The position numbers were made by a program, and so were the translations under genes. From assembly GCA_963820545.1 (NCBI GenBank), contig CAWGAJ010000001.1, forward strand, positions 266,396 through 330,395: a DNA stretch of 64,000 nucleotides, in the 5' to 3' direction. Within the stretch, counting starts at the first letter, position 1. The number at the start of each line of letters is the position of its first letter. Below the pieces are notes generated by a model. It searched no databases and was not told where the DNA came from. It saw only the letters and a list, made by a program, of their open reading frames with translations. The stretch is from Pirellulales bacterium. Lineage in GTDB: Bacteria; Planctomycetota; Planctomycetia; Pirellulales; Thermoguttaceae. Of the stretch, positions 1-8,494 are shown in pieces.

Positions 1-265
1 CCGCCGGTCGGTTACCCGAGCGTCGGTGCGCAATTATATCCCAGCCCGCGACCCACGCCGCCGCTGGTCGGCTGGACCTATGTCACCTACCAGCCGCTAA
101 TGCCCCATGAATTCCTCTATCACCATCATCGCGTTTATAAGACCTATCATTACGATACTGGCCCCACACGAACTAGCGTGTGGTGGCACTGAGAATAGGG
201 AATAGGGGATAGGCAATAGGGGATAGGGAAGAGTTGGGAAGCGAATTATTAAGGATACCTAAACA

Positions 266-637
266 ATGAAATACAAATTCACAATTGCTTTTATATCTCT
301 GCTGTGTCTGGCGGCGGCCACACAAGCACTGGCGGGCGGATATGGTTCGCTTAAAGGCTGGAAAGCCTATCGCATGGCTCAGACTTATCCCTGGCACGGC
401 GATTATTACGATGTGGCCTGGGGTATGCCCGTGGCCCTGGTCGTGCCGCCCACGGCCGAGAATCAAACCAAGATGGGCTGGGGCGTAGGCACAAGACGCA
501 TTGTGCCCATCGAACACCAATTCCAGCGCAATTATCCCGGGCCCGGCGTCTACAGCCGCGCCGGCTTCCTGCCCACGCCGCCTTGGCCCAGCGACACCGA
601 TCAATTCGGCGACTACTATATCCGCGGCCCGTGGTAA
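266..637 (+). CDS. hypothetical secreted protein
   Basis: 123-aa ORF with hydrophobic N-terminus MKYKFTIAFISLLCLAAATQALA resembling a Sec signal peptide; no recognisable domain. Confidence 0.45.
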   Translation: MKYKFTIAFISLLCLAAATQALAGGYGSLKGWKAYRMAQTYPWHGDYYDVAWGMPVALVVPPTAENQTKMGWGVGTRRIVPIEHQFQRNYPGPGVYSRAGFLPTPPWPSDTDQFGDYYIRGPW

Positions 638-658
638 AGATAGAGGCAGGTTAGGACC

Positions 659-1138
659 GTGATCAAGCCCGTTCTCCAAGCCCTGGTTTTGGCCGATAAC
701 GTATATCAGGATAAGTCTACCGGGAAAATGATAATTGCCGGAACATTCAAGCAATTATTGTTTTCAAAATCTCATGAACATCCTGCCGAAAAACCTCCCG
801 CCTCTGAAATATCGGCTGAAGGACAGCGCAGGCTGACGTGGCAGGAGGTTTGCCGATCCGGCTCGCCGCACGCTTATATTAGTCTAACGGGCGTGCATGG
901 TTCAGTACCGCTGGAACTGCGTTACCTAGACTTATCTGATAATAAAGTATTATTGGCCACACAATTCACTGTCAATTGCCTGAACCCGTTGGAGACCATG
1001 GAATTTTCTTTAGTAATGCCGCCTCTGCCGATCCCCCACGCGGGAGTTTATTCCCTTGAACTTATCTCTAATAATGAACTCTTGGGATCGCTGCGAATAA
1101 ACGCCGTCGATATTTCAGCATCTGAAAAGCAGGGCTAA
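659..1138 (+). CDS. hypothetical protein
   Basis: 159-aa ORF (GTG start), co-directional and close to 266..637; stop abuts a large hairpin element. Confidence 0.4.
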   Translation: MIKPVLQALVLADNVYQDKSTGKMIIAGTFKQLLFSKSHEHPAEKPPASEISAEGQRRLTWQEVCRSGSPHAYISLTGVHGSVPLELRYLDLSDNKVLLATQFTVNCLNPLETMEFSLVMPPLPIPHAGVYSLELISNNELLGSLRINAVDISASEKQG

Positions 1139-1140
1139 GC

Positions 1141-1310
1141 CGCATTTCTCACGGTAGGGTGGGACGAGGTCGCACAAGTTATTGGTGGGTCTGCGCAAAC
1201 TGATTAATATGAAATTTTCAGCCTGTAGGATGGCGAGCACTGAATCCGCGACCGAAGTCCCACCAAGAAAACTATTTGCTTGACCCACCCTACACGTTGG
1301 TGAGAAATGC
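1141..1310 (-). ncRNA. candidate structured RNA / repeat element, copy 1 (core about 1154..1271; homologous to 33531..33649 on the opposite strand)
   Basis: about 85% identity to the second copy with a compensatory base-pair swap in a palindromic hairpin; terminal helix GGTGGGAC..GTCCCACC; extra 12-bp inverted repeat CGCATTTCTCAC/GTGAGAAATGCG at the ends; the overlapping ORF 1115..1366 is judged spurious. Confidence 0.35.
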
Positions 1311-1336
1311 GGATTAAGAAATCTCTTTAATTGCAG

Positions 1337-1409
1337 TGGACAGGGCCGGGATTGAACCGGCGACACCTGGATTTTCAGTCCAGTGCTCTACCAACTGAGC
1401 TACCTGTCC
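1337..1409 (-). tRNA. tRNA-Phe (anticodon GAA)
   Basis: reverse complement reads GGACAGG-TA-GCTC..GAGC-A-CTGGA-CTGAAAA-TCCAG-GTGTC-GCCGG-TTCAATC-CCGGC-CCTGTCC-A, a canonical cloverleaf; CCA is not encoded. Confidence 0.9.
1370..1409. repeat. attL-like 40-bp direct repeat (5' half of tRNA-Phe) bounding the integrated island
   Basis: identical 40-mer GATTTTCAGTCCAGTGCTCTACCAACTGAGCTACCTGTCC recurs at 14281..14320. Confidence 0.8.
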
Positions 1410-1537
1410 ATAAATCTATAACTTCTTATTCTACAATCCGTTATAATCGGACCACTTTTTGTTTTTTAGGGATAAATATCCCTAAAACATTGGATTTATC
1501 CCTAAAGTCATGGTAAGATAGATAATAGAGGTGAAAT

Positions 1538-2620
1538 ATGAGAAAGCCTTATTATAAAAAACAATTACATGCGTGGTATTACAACCGTCCGGGTGATAAC
1601 CGACCGATCCGCTTGTATTCGGAACCCACAAAAACGGCGGAAGGTGAAAAACTTGCATGGGCTGAGTATGGTAAAAAAACAGGTGATTGTCAACCTGTTA
1701 CACTCGGCAACGATCCTACGTTTGCATTCATTGGGCATGAATACCTGGAAGCATTGCGGACGGGTGTAGGCCGAAAATCGGGCCGACCGGCAGCCGACAG
1801 TACAATCTATGCCAATGAGCGGGCTGTAAATGGCTTCTATGCGTTTATCGGCGAGAAAACAAAGGTGTCTGAGATTACGGGCTTACACGTCGATAAATGG
1901 CTTGCCAAAGAAGAGAAAAAATGGAAGGAAAATAAAAAGCAAAACAAAAAGGGCAAGGATTACACGCCAACACAAAGACACAATTTAGCCCGTGACCTAG
2001 TAACTTGTTTCCGGTGGGCACGTAAGAAGGGTTTGATACGTGTAAACCCAATTGATGGGTACGAAAAAGATACGCCCAACAAACGCGATAAGGCACTAGA
2101 TAGCAAACAGTGGCAAACGATCCTTGATAGTGTTGACGGCTGTTTCAAAGACGTGCTTATTGCATTATATGAAACTGGTTGCCGTCCGCAAGAGTTGCGT
2201 ATTATTGAAAATACAAACTTTGATCGGGGCGGTAAACGGTGGATAATTCCAAAAGAAAAGGCAAAAGGAAAAAAGAAAGATCGTATCATTGCCTTGACGC
2301 CTAGCATTGTGGAAATTTGTGAGCGATTAGCGGCTAAATACCCGGTCGGGTCAATCTTCCGCAACAGTAAAAATCGCTCCTGGACACACAACGCCCTTGA
2401 CCTGCGTTTCACCCACTTGTCAGAGAAGGTAGGATTCAAAGTGATCCCTTATATGATCCGCCACACGTTTGCAAGTCGGGGCAAAGCCAATGGTATGGAT
2501 TCATCGTCTGTTGCTACGTTAATGGGAAACTCGCCTGCAATGGTTGACGGTACTTATGCACACCCTGAACAGATTGATCCGAATTATTTACAAGGGCTAT
2601 TGCAACAGGTGACACAATGA
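1538..2620 (+). CDS. int: tyrosine recombinase / phage integrase
   Basis: 360 aa; C-terminal catalytic region IRHTFASRGKANGMD...GTYAH carries R..H..R..Y-type residues; sits directly beside the tRNA-Phe att site. Confidence 0.85.
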   Translation: MRKPYYKKQLHAWYYNRPGDNRPIRLYSEPTKTAEGEKLAWAEYGKKTGDCQPVTLGNDPTFAFIGHEYLEALRTGVGRKSGRPAADSTIYANERAVNGFYAFIGEKTKVSEITGLHVDKWLAKEEKKWKENKKQNKKGKDYTPTQRHNLARDLVTCFRWARKKGLIRVNPIDGYEKDTPNKRDKALDSKQWQTILDSVDGCFKDVLIALYETGCRPQELRIIENTNFDRGGKRWIIPKEKAKGKKKDRIIALTPSIVEICERLAAKYPVGSIFRNSKNRSWTHNALDLRFTHLSEKVGFKVIPYMIRHTFASRGKANGMDSSSVATLMGNSPAMVDGTYAHPEQIDPNYLQGLLQQVTQ

Positions 2621-2814
2621 AAAATTTTGACGAAGAAACTTTCATAAATAATGTGGCATTAGGGACCGATCCATTAACCAGTGCGGCAAGTGCAATTAAT
2701 GATAAGCCAGAAAAACCATCTAAGCCGGGTGTCGGCCCCCGTTTTTTCACTTGGCTTATTGTTTTCTATATCGTGATTCTGTGCATCTTGATTCTTTACC
2801 TCATTTTGGGGTAA
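2617..2814 (+). CDS. small membrane protein (paralogue of 14996..15187)
   Basis: 65 aa; start overlaps the int stop (ATGA); C-terminal TM helix; about 50% identity to MKKFDPETFINLRLLGVDPATS... at 14996. Confidence 0.5.
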   Translation: MKNFDEETFINNVALGTDPLTSAASAINDKPEKPSKPGVGPRFFTWLIVFYIVILCILILYLILG

Positions 2815-2883
2815 TTCTAAAAAAGCCCACCCATTGCAACCCGATTCTAAAAGACTATAATACGGGCAAAGGAGGGTGGGAGT

Positions 2884-3900
2884 ATGTTACGCAAAGTCTT
2901 TCTTCTTTTCTTTTTGCTGGTAACTCCTATATCGGCCCGAACCTGGACCGATTCGACTGGTAAATTTTCTACTGACGCCACACTTGCCGATTGTCAAGGC
3001 GGTATTGCATACCTCCAAAAAGTCGATGGAAAAATTGTGGCGGTCTCGGTCACTAAACTAAGTAAGGCCGATCAAGATTTTCTTAAAACTACTCTTCCAT
3101 CGGTCAGTATAATTTCGGGAAAGGTGGTCGGGGTAACGGACGGGGACACCATAACCGTTTTGGACGATACGAAAACTCAATATAAAATCCGTTTGGAAGG
3201 AATTGACGCCCCGGAAAGTGGTCAAGCCTACGGCACACAAGCGAAACAAGCATTAAGTGACAAAGTTTTTGACAAAGATGTAAAAATTGAATGGCGGAAA
3301 AAAGACCAGTATCAAAGAACATTAGGACACATTTTTGTTGATAATCATTGGATCAACAAAGAAATGATCGAAGAGGGGTGGGCTTGGCATTACAAAGAAT
3401 TTTCAAAATCGGCTGTACTTGCTGACGCCGAGAAGCAAGCCCGAAACAATCAAGCAGGACTTTGGAAGGATTCAAACCCGATTGAACCGTGGGTATTTCG
3501 TAATCCGGCCTTAGCCGAATCCGATCCTTTTGAAACTAAAACCACTACACTTAAAACTAAAACCACTGAACCGCAAACAGCCGATGAAAAAGAGCAAATA
3601 GTTTACGTTACCAAAACAGGGAGCAAATATCATAGTGCCGGTTGCCGTTATCTTGCAAAAAGTAGTATCCCCATGCCTCTAAGTGAAGCGGTAAAACGGT
3701 ACTCACCTTGTAGTGTCTGTAATCCTCCAAGACCGAAAGAAACAAAAACATCAAGTGAAACTCTTGTCACACCTCCCACCGCAAAAGAATCCTATACGCC
3801 TCCACCTGATACCTCAAGTGATAGGGTTCAAGTCAAGGGCTACTATCGCAAGGATGGAACCTACGTTAGACCCCATACCCGTAGTAAACCTAGTAAATGA
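2884..3900 (+). CDS. secreted thermonuclease (staphylococcal-nuclease-like) with N-terminal SHD1-like domain
   Basis: signal peptide; GDTITV..RLEGIDAPE SNase active-site motif; N-terminal WTDSTGKFST motif shared with the C-terminus of the 28279..29199 protein; C-terminal Cys motif YVTKTGSKYHSAGCRY...CSVC. Confidence 0.7.
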   Translation: MLRKVFLLFFLLVTPISARTWTDSTGKFSTDATLADCQGGIAYLQKVDGKIVAVSVTKLSKADQDFLKTTLPSVSIISGKVVGVTDGDTITVLDDTKTQYKIRLEGIDAPESGQAYGTQAKQALSDKVFDKDVKIEWRKKDQYQRTLGHIFVDNHWINKEMIEEGWAWHYKEFSKSAVLADAEKQARNNQAGLWKDSNPIEPWVFRNPALAESDPFETKTTTLKTKTTEPQTADEKEQIVYVTKTGSKYHSAGCRYLAKSSIPMPLSEAVKRYSPCSVCNPPRPKETKTSSETLVTPPTAKESYTPPPDTSSDRVQVKGYYRKDGTYVRPHTRSKPSK

Positions 3901-4181
3901 TTTTTCCAAGCAGCCATAGTATCAAACGTAAAAACCAATTAGGTTTTGCATACTGGGTATCAAGATATTTTTGTGCTTGCTGTTTGTATTCGTTATAGTT
4001 CATTAAAATTATTTAGTTGGTTTGGGCGGTTCTTCTTTACTTTTCTCTTTGCGTTGATCCTCTTCCTCTTTGCGGTCAATGTCATAATTGTATCTTTTTT
4101 CGAGACTGTAGTTGTATCTTTTATCAAGACTGTAATCGTATTTCGGATCAATATCCATTATTTTCCTTTCCATAAAAAATT

Positions 4182-4212
4182 GACGGGCAGCGTGGAGGGA
4201 TTACTGCCCGTC
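4182..4212. terminator. bidirectional rho-independent terminator between convergent genes
   Basis: GACGGGCAG-14 nt-CTGCCCGTC hairpin followed by TTTCCCTC on the plus strand and preceded by AAAAAAT (a T-run on the minus strand). Confidence 0.55.
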
Positions 4213-4221
4213 TTTCCCTCG

Positions 4222-5118
4222 CTATACCATGAGCCAAGTTTCTGAAAACGCCCTACCTAGGAGCATTGTCAATTGGAGCACGTCGGGGTATAAAGCATTA
4301 ACATCTAAATTTCCCGTTATCTTCCCCGCAAAATTCGGGCTGAGATAATACTGTAAGCCGGGAACTAAACCGTCCGAATCCTCTTCGATAACCGCATTCC
4401 ATTGTTCCTTAGTGAACACACAAGGACCAGAGAAATTACAGACCCCGGATTGACTGGGCGGAATAATTTCTGTAGCCATAGCAATCACGCGACTCTTCTC
4501 TGGATAATCGGGATCGACATACGCAGGATAAATTGACAGACCATCGCGGCAAACGGGCATCCCTGGTAAAATTGTTGTATCGCTGGTATTCAATAATTTT
4601 TGTGTGAGAATGCCTAGACCTTTTGCGGAGTCTCCCTTGTCCCCTTTTTTCCCCGTGGAACCACCTGGACCTTGAGGGCCAGTTAAATGAGGCCCTAGGA
4701 CCTTCCCATTAACCTCTAGTCTATCAAAGTCGCGTCCCTTCCCGAAACCGACCGTTAATTTTAGTGTCGGGATTACAGCATCCTTGCCCGGGGCACCATC
4801 TTTTGGAATTGGAAAATCGACGCCGGGCATAGGTGTTTTTCCATCGACTCCATCTTTCGGAATTGAAAAATCAATACCGGGAATTGGCGTCTTACCATCG
4901 ACTCCATTTTTTGGGATCGGAAAATCAATACCGGGAATTGGCGTCTTACCATCGACACCATCTTTGGGAATTTTAAAATTATTTAATTTCTCCCAGATAG
5001 TTTGAATCTGAGACGATAATTTCTGGATTGCAGACCATATCGGGTCGGGTCCGAAATACTGACCGTCAACCGACATGGCATTTTTATCGAATTCATCTTG
5101 ACTTAATTTTTTAACCAT
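4222..5118 (-). CDS. phage tail-fibre-like protein with collagen-like / tandem repeats
   Basis: 298 aa; three and a half copies of an 18-aa repeat FxIPKDGVDGKTPIPGID plus a G-x-y collagen-like stretch GPQGPGGSTGKKGDKGD. Confidence 0.55.
   Translation of the reverse strand: MVKKLSQDEFDKNAMSVDGQYFGPDPIWSAIQKLSSQIQTIWEKLNNFKIPKDGVDGKTPIPGIDFPIPKNGVDGKTPIPGIDFSIPKDGVDGKTPMPGVDFPIPKDGAPGKDAVIPTLKLTVGFGKGRDFDRLEVNGKVLGPHLTGPQGPGGSTGKKGDKGDSAKGLGILTQKLLNTSDTTILPGMPVCRDGLSIYPAYVDPDYPEKSRVIAMATEIIPPSQSGVCNFSGPCVFTKEQWNAVIEEDSDGLVPGLQYYLSPNFAGKITGNLDVNALYPDVLQLTMLLGRAFSETWLMV
4805..4970. repeat. three tandem copies of a 54-bp coding repeat inside the tail-fibre gene
   Basis: GGAATTGGAAAATCGACGCCGGGCATAGGTGTTTTTCCATCGACTCCATCTTTC and two near-identical units. 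Confidence 0.7.
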
Positions 5119-5120
5119 AT

Positions 5121-5651
5121 TTATTTCTCTAAATAATTTGCTGCCTTACGGACAATGTGTGGATCATCTTTTAAGTATCCAATTCCACGATTACACTGAT
5201 TACACAATAGACCTCTAAATTTACCTGTTTGATGATTGTGGTCTTTATGTGGAGTCTTTTGAAAAGGTTGGCCACAAATTGCACAGGAATTATTTTGTTG
5301 TTTTAGTATTAAATTGTATTGATCTTCCGTAAGATTGTATTTTTTAAGTTGACGTATTTGATTGTGTGCTTTACCTTTTGGTGTTTGATTGAATGCTCTC
5401 CTTTGGGCTCTATATTTTGGTGTTTGTTGGCGCACTTTTTTCTGGACCAATCTTTCTGGCGTTTGATCGTATGCTTTCCATTTTGGCAGTTGACGTTGTA
5501 TTTTCAGATATTCTTTTCTAGTTTTACACCCGACTAAATGTTCAGGATTTATACAGCGTCTATTGCTACAAGTTGATATAACGAATTTAGCATTGACAAG
5601 AGAATGTCGAATCTTAGTAGCGGGTCTATTATGAATTATGCAATCATTCAA
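5121..5651 (-). CDS. HNH / recombination endonuclease VII-family nuclease
   Basis: N-terminal CSNRRCINPEHL HNH-like motif; C-terminal CAICGQ..HKDHNHQTGKFRGLLCNQCNRGIGY matches the Endo VII (T4 gp49-like) zinc-binding nuclease motif. Confidence 0.65.
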   Translation of the reverse strand: MNDCIIHNRPATKIRHSLVNAKFVISTCSNRRCINPEHLVGCKTRKEYLKIQRQLPKWKAYDQTPERLVQKKVRQQTPKYRAQRRAFNQTPKGKAHNQIRQLKKYNLTEDQYNLILKQQNNSCAICGQPFQKTPHKDHNHQTGKFRGLLCNQCNRGIGYLKDDPHIVRKAANYLEK

Positions 5652-5726
5652 TTTTGCCTCTCAAGTGGGTTGATATAAAAGATAGTCAAAGCACAGTTTT
5701 TAATTGTGCTTTGACTCAATAGTTGT

Positions 5727-5909
5727 TTACGGATGACTTATCCAAACTGGTCCACTTGCACCGCTTGCCCCAACTTGGAGAATGTAAAATCCCGGATCAG
5801 TTGGAGCCGGTGGTATATTGTCATTCAGCGGACCTGTCGGTCCAGTTGCACCCGTGACGCCCTTATCTATGGCCGCATTAGTTGGATTTGTGTAATTAAA
5901 TTCAGACAT
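5727..5909 (-). CDS. small collagen-like hypothetical protein
   Basis: 60-aa ORF with GATGPTGP and GASGASGP triplets; phage context. Confidence 0.3.
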   Translation of the reverse strand: MSEFNYTNPTNAAIDKGVTGATGPTGPLNDNIPPAPTDPGFYILQVGASGASGPVWISHP

Positions 5910-5925
5910 TAGTTTTCTCCTCTGT

Positions 5926-6177
5926 TTAATGTGTTTGATTGTGACGTGTTAATTGTTCATTCAAACTAGAAAATCTAGCTTTGAATTTTTGCACAAAACT
6001 ATCATCGGGTCCTAGGACACTGATAAGATAATTGGTTACTTTATCCACGCTTGTTATTCCGTCGGTTGCCGTCGGGTTTGCATCCTCTAAGCATGTTAAT
6101 AACACGCGAAAAGGTTCGGCTTCGTATGCTGTTGAGTTTCTCAATTCTTTGAGTAAATGTGTGAATGCTGATGACAT
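5926..6177 (-). CDS. hypothetical protein
   Basis: 83-aa ORF in a co-directional phage gene string. Confidence 0.4.
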   Translation of the reverse strand: MSSAFTHLLKELRNSTAYEAEPFRVLLTCLEDANPTATDGITSVDKVTNYLISVLGPDDSFVQKFKARFSSLNEQLTRHNQTH

Positions 6178-6253
6178 AGATTTCTCCTAATAAAAATAAT
6201 AACAAGGGCCACCCAGCCACCGGTTCCAGAAAGTGGCCGGGTGTTCTGGGCGG

Positions 6254-6997
6254 TCAAACAATGACCTCTTTGCCCTTATTTGCTTCGGTAATTTGTTCAT
6301 TCAATTTTGCGTCAGTTGCCAAGACCTCTGCCGTTTCGATTGTGTGTTGCGTTTTCAATGCTTCTAGCCTTTGCAAACGCTGGTCATATAATTTACTACT
6401 CTCCTTGTAATACAAGTCGGGATTCTCGGCTGCTATTACTTTTAATACGATCCTAGCGTCAATCTCATCCTGATTATTTTCAATTCCTTGTGCCGACAGT
6501 AAGCCCAACTCTGCCGACTCGATAGCCGATTTTATTTTCGGATTATTTTCGCGTTCATAATCCGCTAGACGTTGCTCCATGAGTCTATCAATCTGTGCTT
6601 CCCGTTCCTTCGCAGCCTTCTCTAGGCTTTTGATTGTTTCGGTCGGGCATCGGTTGCCGGGTCGATCATTCCGTAATCTTTCCGCAAGCACGATAGCGGG
6701 ATAGTTTTTCGGCCGAATTAAATGCGGTGGTGTTTCACCTGCCGCAAGCCGTTTTGCTTCCGCCTCTGCTTGGACTAACTTGTCTCTTGCCTCTTTTTGC
6801 AACTGCCGATAATGAACCCGTTCATCGAAAGTTTTTCGAGTCCCGTCAGGGTGAAAAAATGCGGGGTCCAATTCCCCCGTTTCTGTTTTTTTCTGATTGC
6901 GAAAAGCAACCCGTTGCTCATACGTTAAGCCGTATGGTGTGCCGTCAGCCATTGTGGGTTGATCCGTGGGTAATCCGTTAATCATTGTTTTTTCCAT
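6254..6997 (-). CDS. hypothetical coiled-coil protein (possible phage structural or scaffold protein)
   Basis: 247 aa, charged heptad-rich sequence, within the phage-like module. Confidence 0.45.
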   Translation of the reverse strand: MEKTMINGLPTDQPTMADGTPYGLTYEQRVAFRNQKKTETGELDPAFFHPDGTRKTFDERVHYRQLQKEARDKLVQAEAEAKRLAAGETPPHLIRPKNYPAIVLAERLRNDRPGNRCPTETIKSLEKAAKEREAQIDRLMEQRLADYERENNPKIKSAIESAELGLLSAQGIENNQDEIDARIVLKVIAAENPDLYYKESSKLYDQRLQRLEALKTQHTIETAEVLATDAKLNEQITEANKGKEVIV

Positions 6998-7044
6998 GTT
7001 ATTTCTCCGTGAGAATTAAATTTTACTGACAAAATTAAACCGTG

Positions 7045-7278
7045 TCAGTCTTTCGGTTGTTTGTAAGTTGCGGCTATAAATTCATATTCTTTGTGTTCCG
7101 CATCGGCAATACTTCGCTTAAAAGTTTTTTGGCCAATGTCTTTTACGTAATAATCTGTGCCCGATGCCAAACCATGTAGATGCAAAAGTCCAAAAACAAA
7201 AACAGGCTCTAAAATATCACGGTCAAAAGTCCAGTGATATTTTTTACATAAAGCAAGCATTTTTTCTAAAGCGACCAT
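7045..7278 (-). CDS. hypothetical protein
   Basis: 77-aa ORF. Confidence 0.35.
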   Translation of the reverse strand: MVALEKMLALCKKYHWTFDRDILEPVFVFGLLHLHGLASGTDYYVKDIGQKTFKRSIADAEHKEYEFIAATYKQPKD

Positions 7279-7367
7279 ATTTTTTATTTCCTACCCGGCA
7301 ATCAAACGTCCGAAAGCCGCCGATTGCCGGGGAACCATGTAAGTAATGAGGAAACTTACCGGCTCAT

Positions 7368-7808
7368 TTATAAGTTGTCATGTGGTGTCGATTCAAACAG
7401 TGCAATATGGTACATAAGCATTTCACGAAAAACATCAACGAAATTTTCAACAGTAGCGTAAACATAATAATAGTTTTCAGCCGGTCTATCGTGATAACAT
7501 TCTATGCAAATTTGTAATGGATCATCCCAGATTGGATACACTCGACAAAACATCGGTTTACCGAATTCATCCCAATTCAAACGGCACTCACCTGGACCGC
7601 CACCATCATTAAATAATAAGCCTTGATAGCCGTCATAACTTCTTAATACGTTTTTGAGCATACCCGCTGTTGCGGTATATTGCTCTTGCATCGTTTGTTG
7701 CGTCTGGCGTCTGGCTTGCTTTTCTTCCGCAATTACTTTGCGTGCCGTTTCTAATGCAATATCATCTTTTTCATGGTTCATATAATTCTCTTTGTAATTG
7801 GTCGGCAA
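7368..7808 (-). CDS. hypothetical protein
   Basis: 146-aa ORF, overlaps the upstream gene by 31 nt. Confidence 0.45.
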   Translation of the reverse strand: MPTNYKENYMNHEKDDIALETARKVIAEEKQARRQTQQTMQEQYTATAGMLKNVLRSYDGYQGLLFNDGGGPGECRLNWDEFGKPMFCRVYPIWDDPLQICIECYHDRPAENYYYVYATVENFVDVFREMLMYHIALFESTPHDNL

Positions 7809-8494
7809 CCACCACCGCAGCCGTTGTCAATTACGTCTGATAAAATTTGTAGTCCCATGCAAGCATAAATCAGACAGTGAAATAGGTGGTCATTCATTCC
7901 CTCTATCATTCTGGCATTAAGAATCTGAGTCTTTAGTGTTGATTGTCCGATTAACGATTGTGGGATACGCAACTGTCCGCCTTTTATTTTCAGGTTGCAA
8001 AATTGAATCCAGTTTGATCTATTTGCCCGGAATTCATCACCCTTTTCGATTAGGTCCAGTCCGGGGGCACTTGCACTATATAGAACTCCGTTTGCAAATT
8101 TTCCATACGCCGTTTCACCGATTTTGTCTAATTCCTGTTTGATATAGACTGATTGATAGCCTAAATCCATTACACATTTATTAACTTGAAAAAGTTTTGC
8201 AGCATCAAACGTCTGTTCAAAAATAGACTCGATTGGAAAACTACGCCAATGAATTACATGCCCGACCGTTTGGCTACAATTGCGGGGGATTTTTTGCCAT
8301 TCAACTACCACAAGATATGTCGGTTGCCCACCATCAAGCCCGATAGTTCTAGGAACATCATCCGTATACGGCAATTTTATTTCATAGGGTACAGTTATTT
8401 TTTCCAAGTCCCCAGGGCTGGGGCGGGATGGATCGGGTTGATATGGCATTCCCAAAATCGAATTCCAAAATACTTTTTTTGCTACTTCGCTCAT
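7778..8494 (-). CDS. terminase large subunit, nuclease-domain ORF (GpA-like C-terminal part)
   Basis: follows the ATPase ORF with an ATGA overlap; position and size fit a terminase nuclease domain; no strong motif read directly. Confidence 0.45.
   Translation of the reverse strand: MSEVAKKVFWNSILGMPYQPDPSRPSPGDLEKITVPYEIKLPYTDDVPRTIGLDGGQPTYLVVVEWQKIPRNCSQTVGHVIHWRSFPIESIFEQTFDAAKLFQVNKCVMDLGYQSVYIKQELDKIGETAYGKFANGVLYSASAPGLDLIEKGDEFRANRSNWIQFCNLKIKGGQLRIPQSLIGQSTLKTQILNARMIEGMNDHLFHCLIYACMGLQILSDVIDNGCGGGCRPITKRII

Noticed and set aside
173-754. 193-aa minus-strand ORF spanning the first two plus-strand genes
   Set aside because: Antisense to two better-supported ORFs (signal peptide, sensible spacing) and spans the GGGATAGG repeat; typical GC-rich antisense artefact.
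1115-1366. 83-aa minus-strand ORF, and its look-alike 33440..33661 on the plus strand
   Set aside because: Both lie wholly within the duplicated structured element and overlap tRNA flanks. Their protein similarity is a by-product of the nucleotide repeat, not evidence of a gene.
3946-4245. 99-aa plus-strand ORF after the nuclease gene
   Set aside because: Low-complexity F/V-rich translation across the convergent terminator and into the tail-fibre gene 3' end; no RBS.
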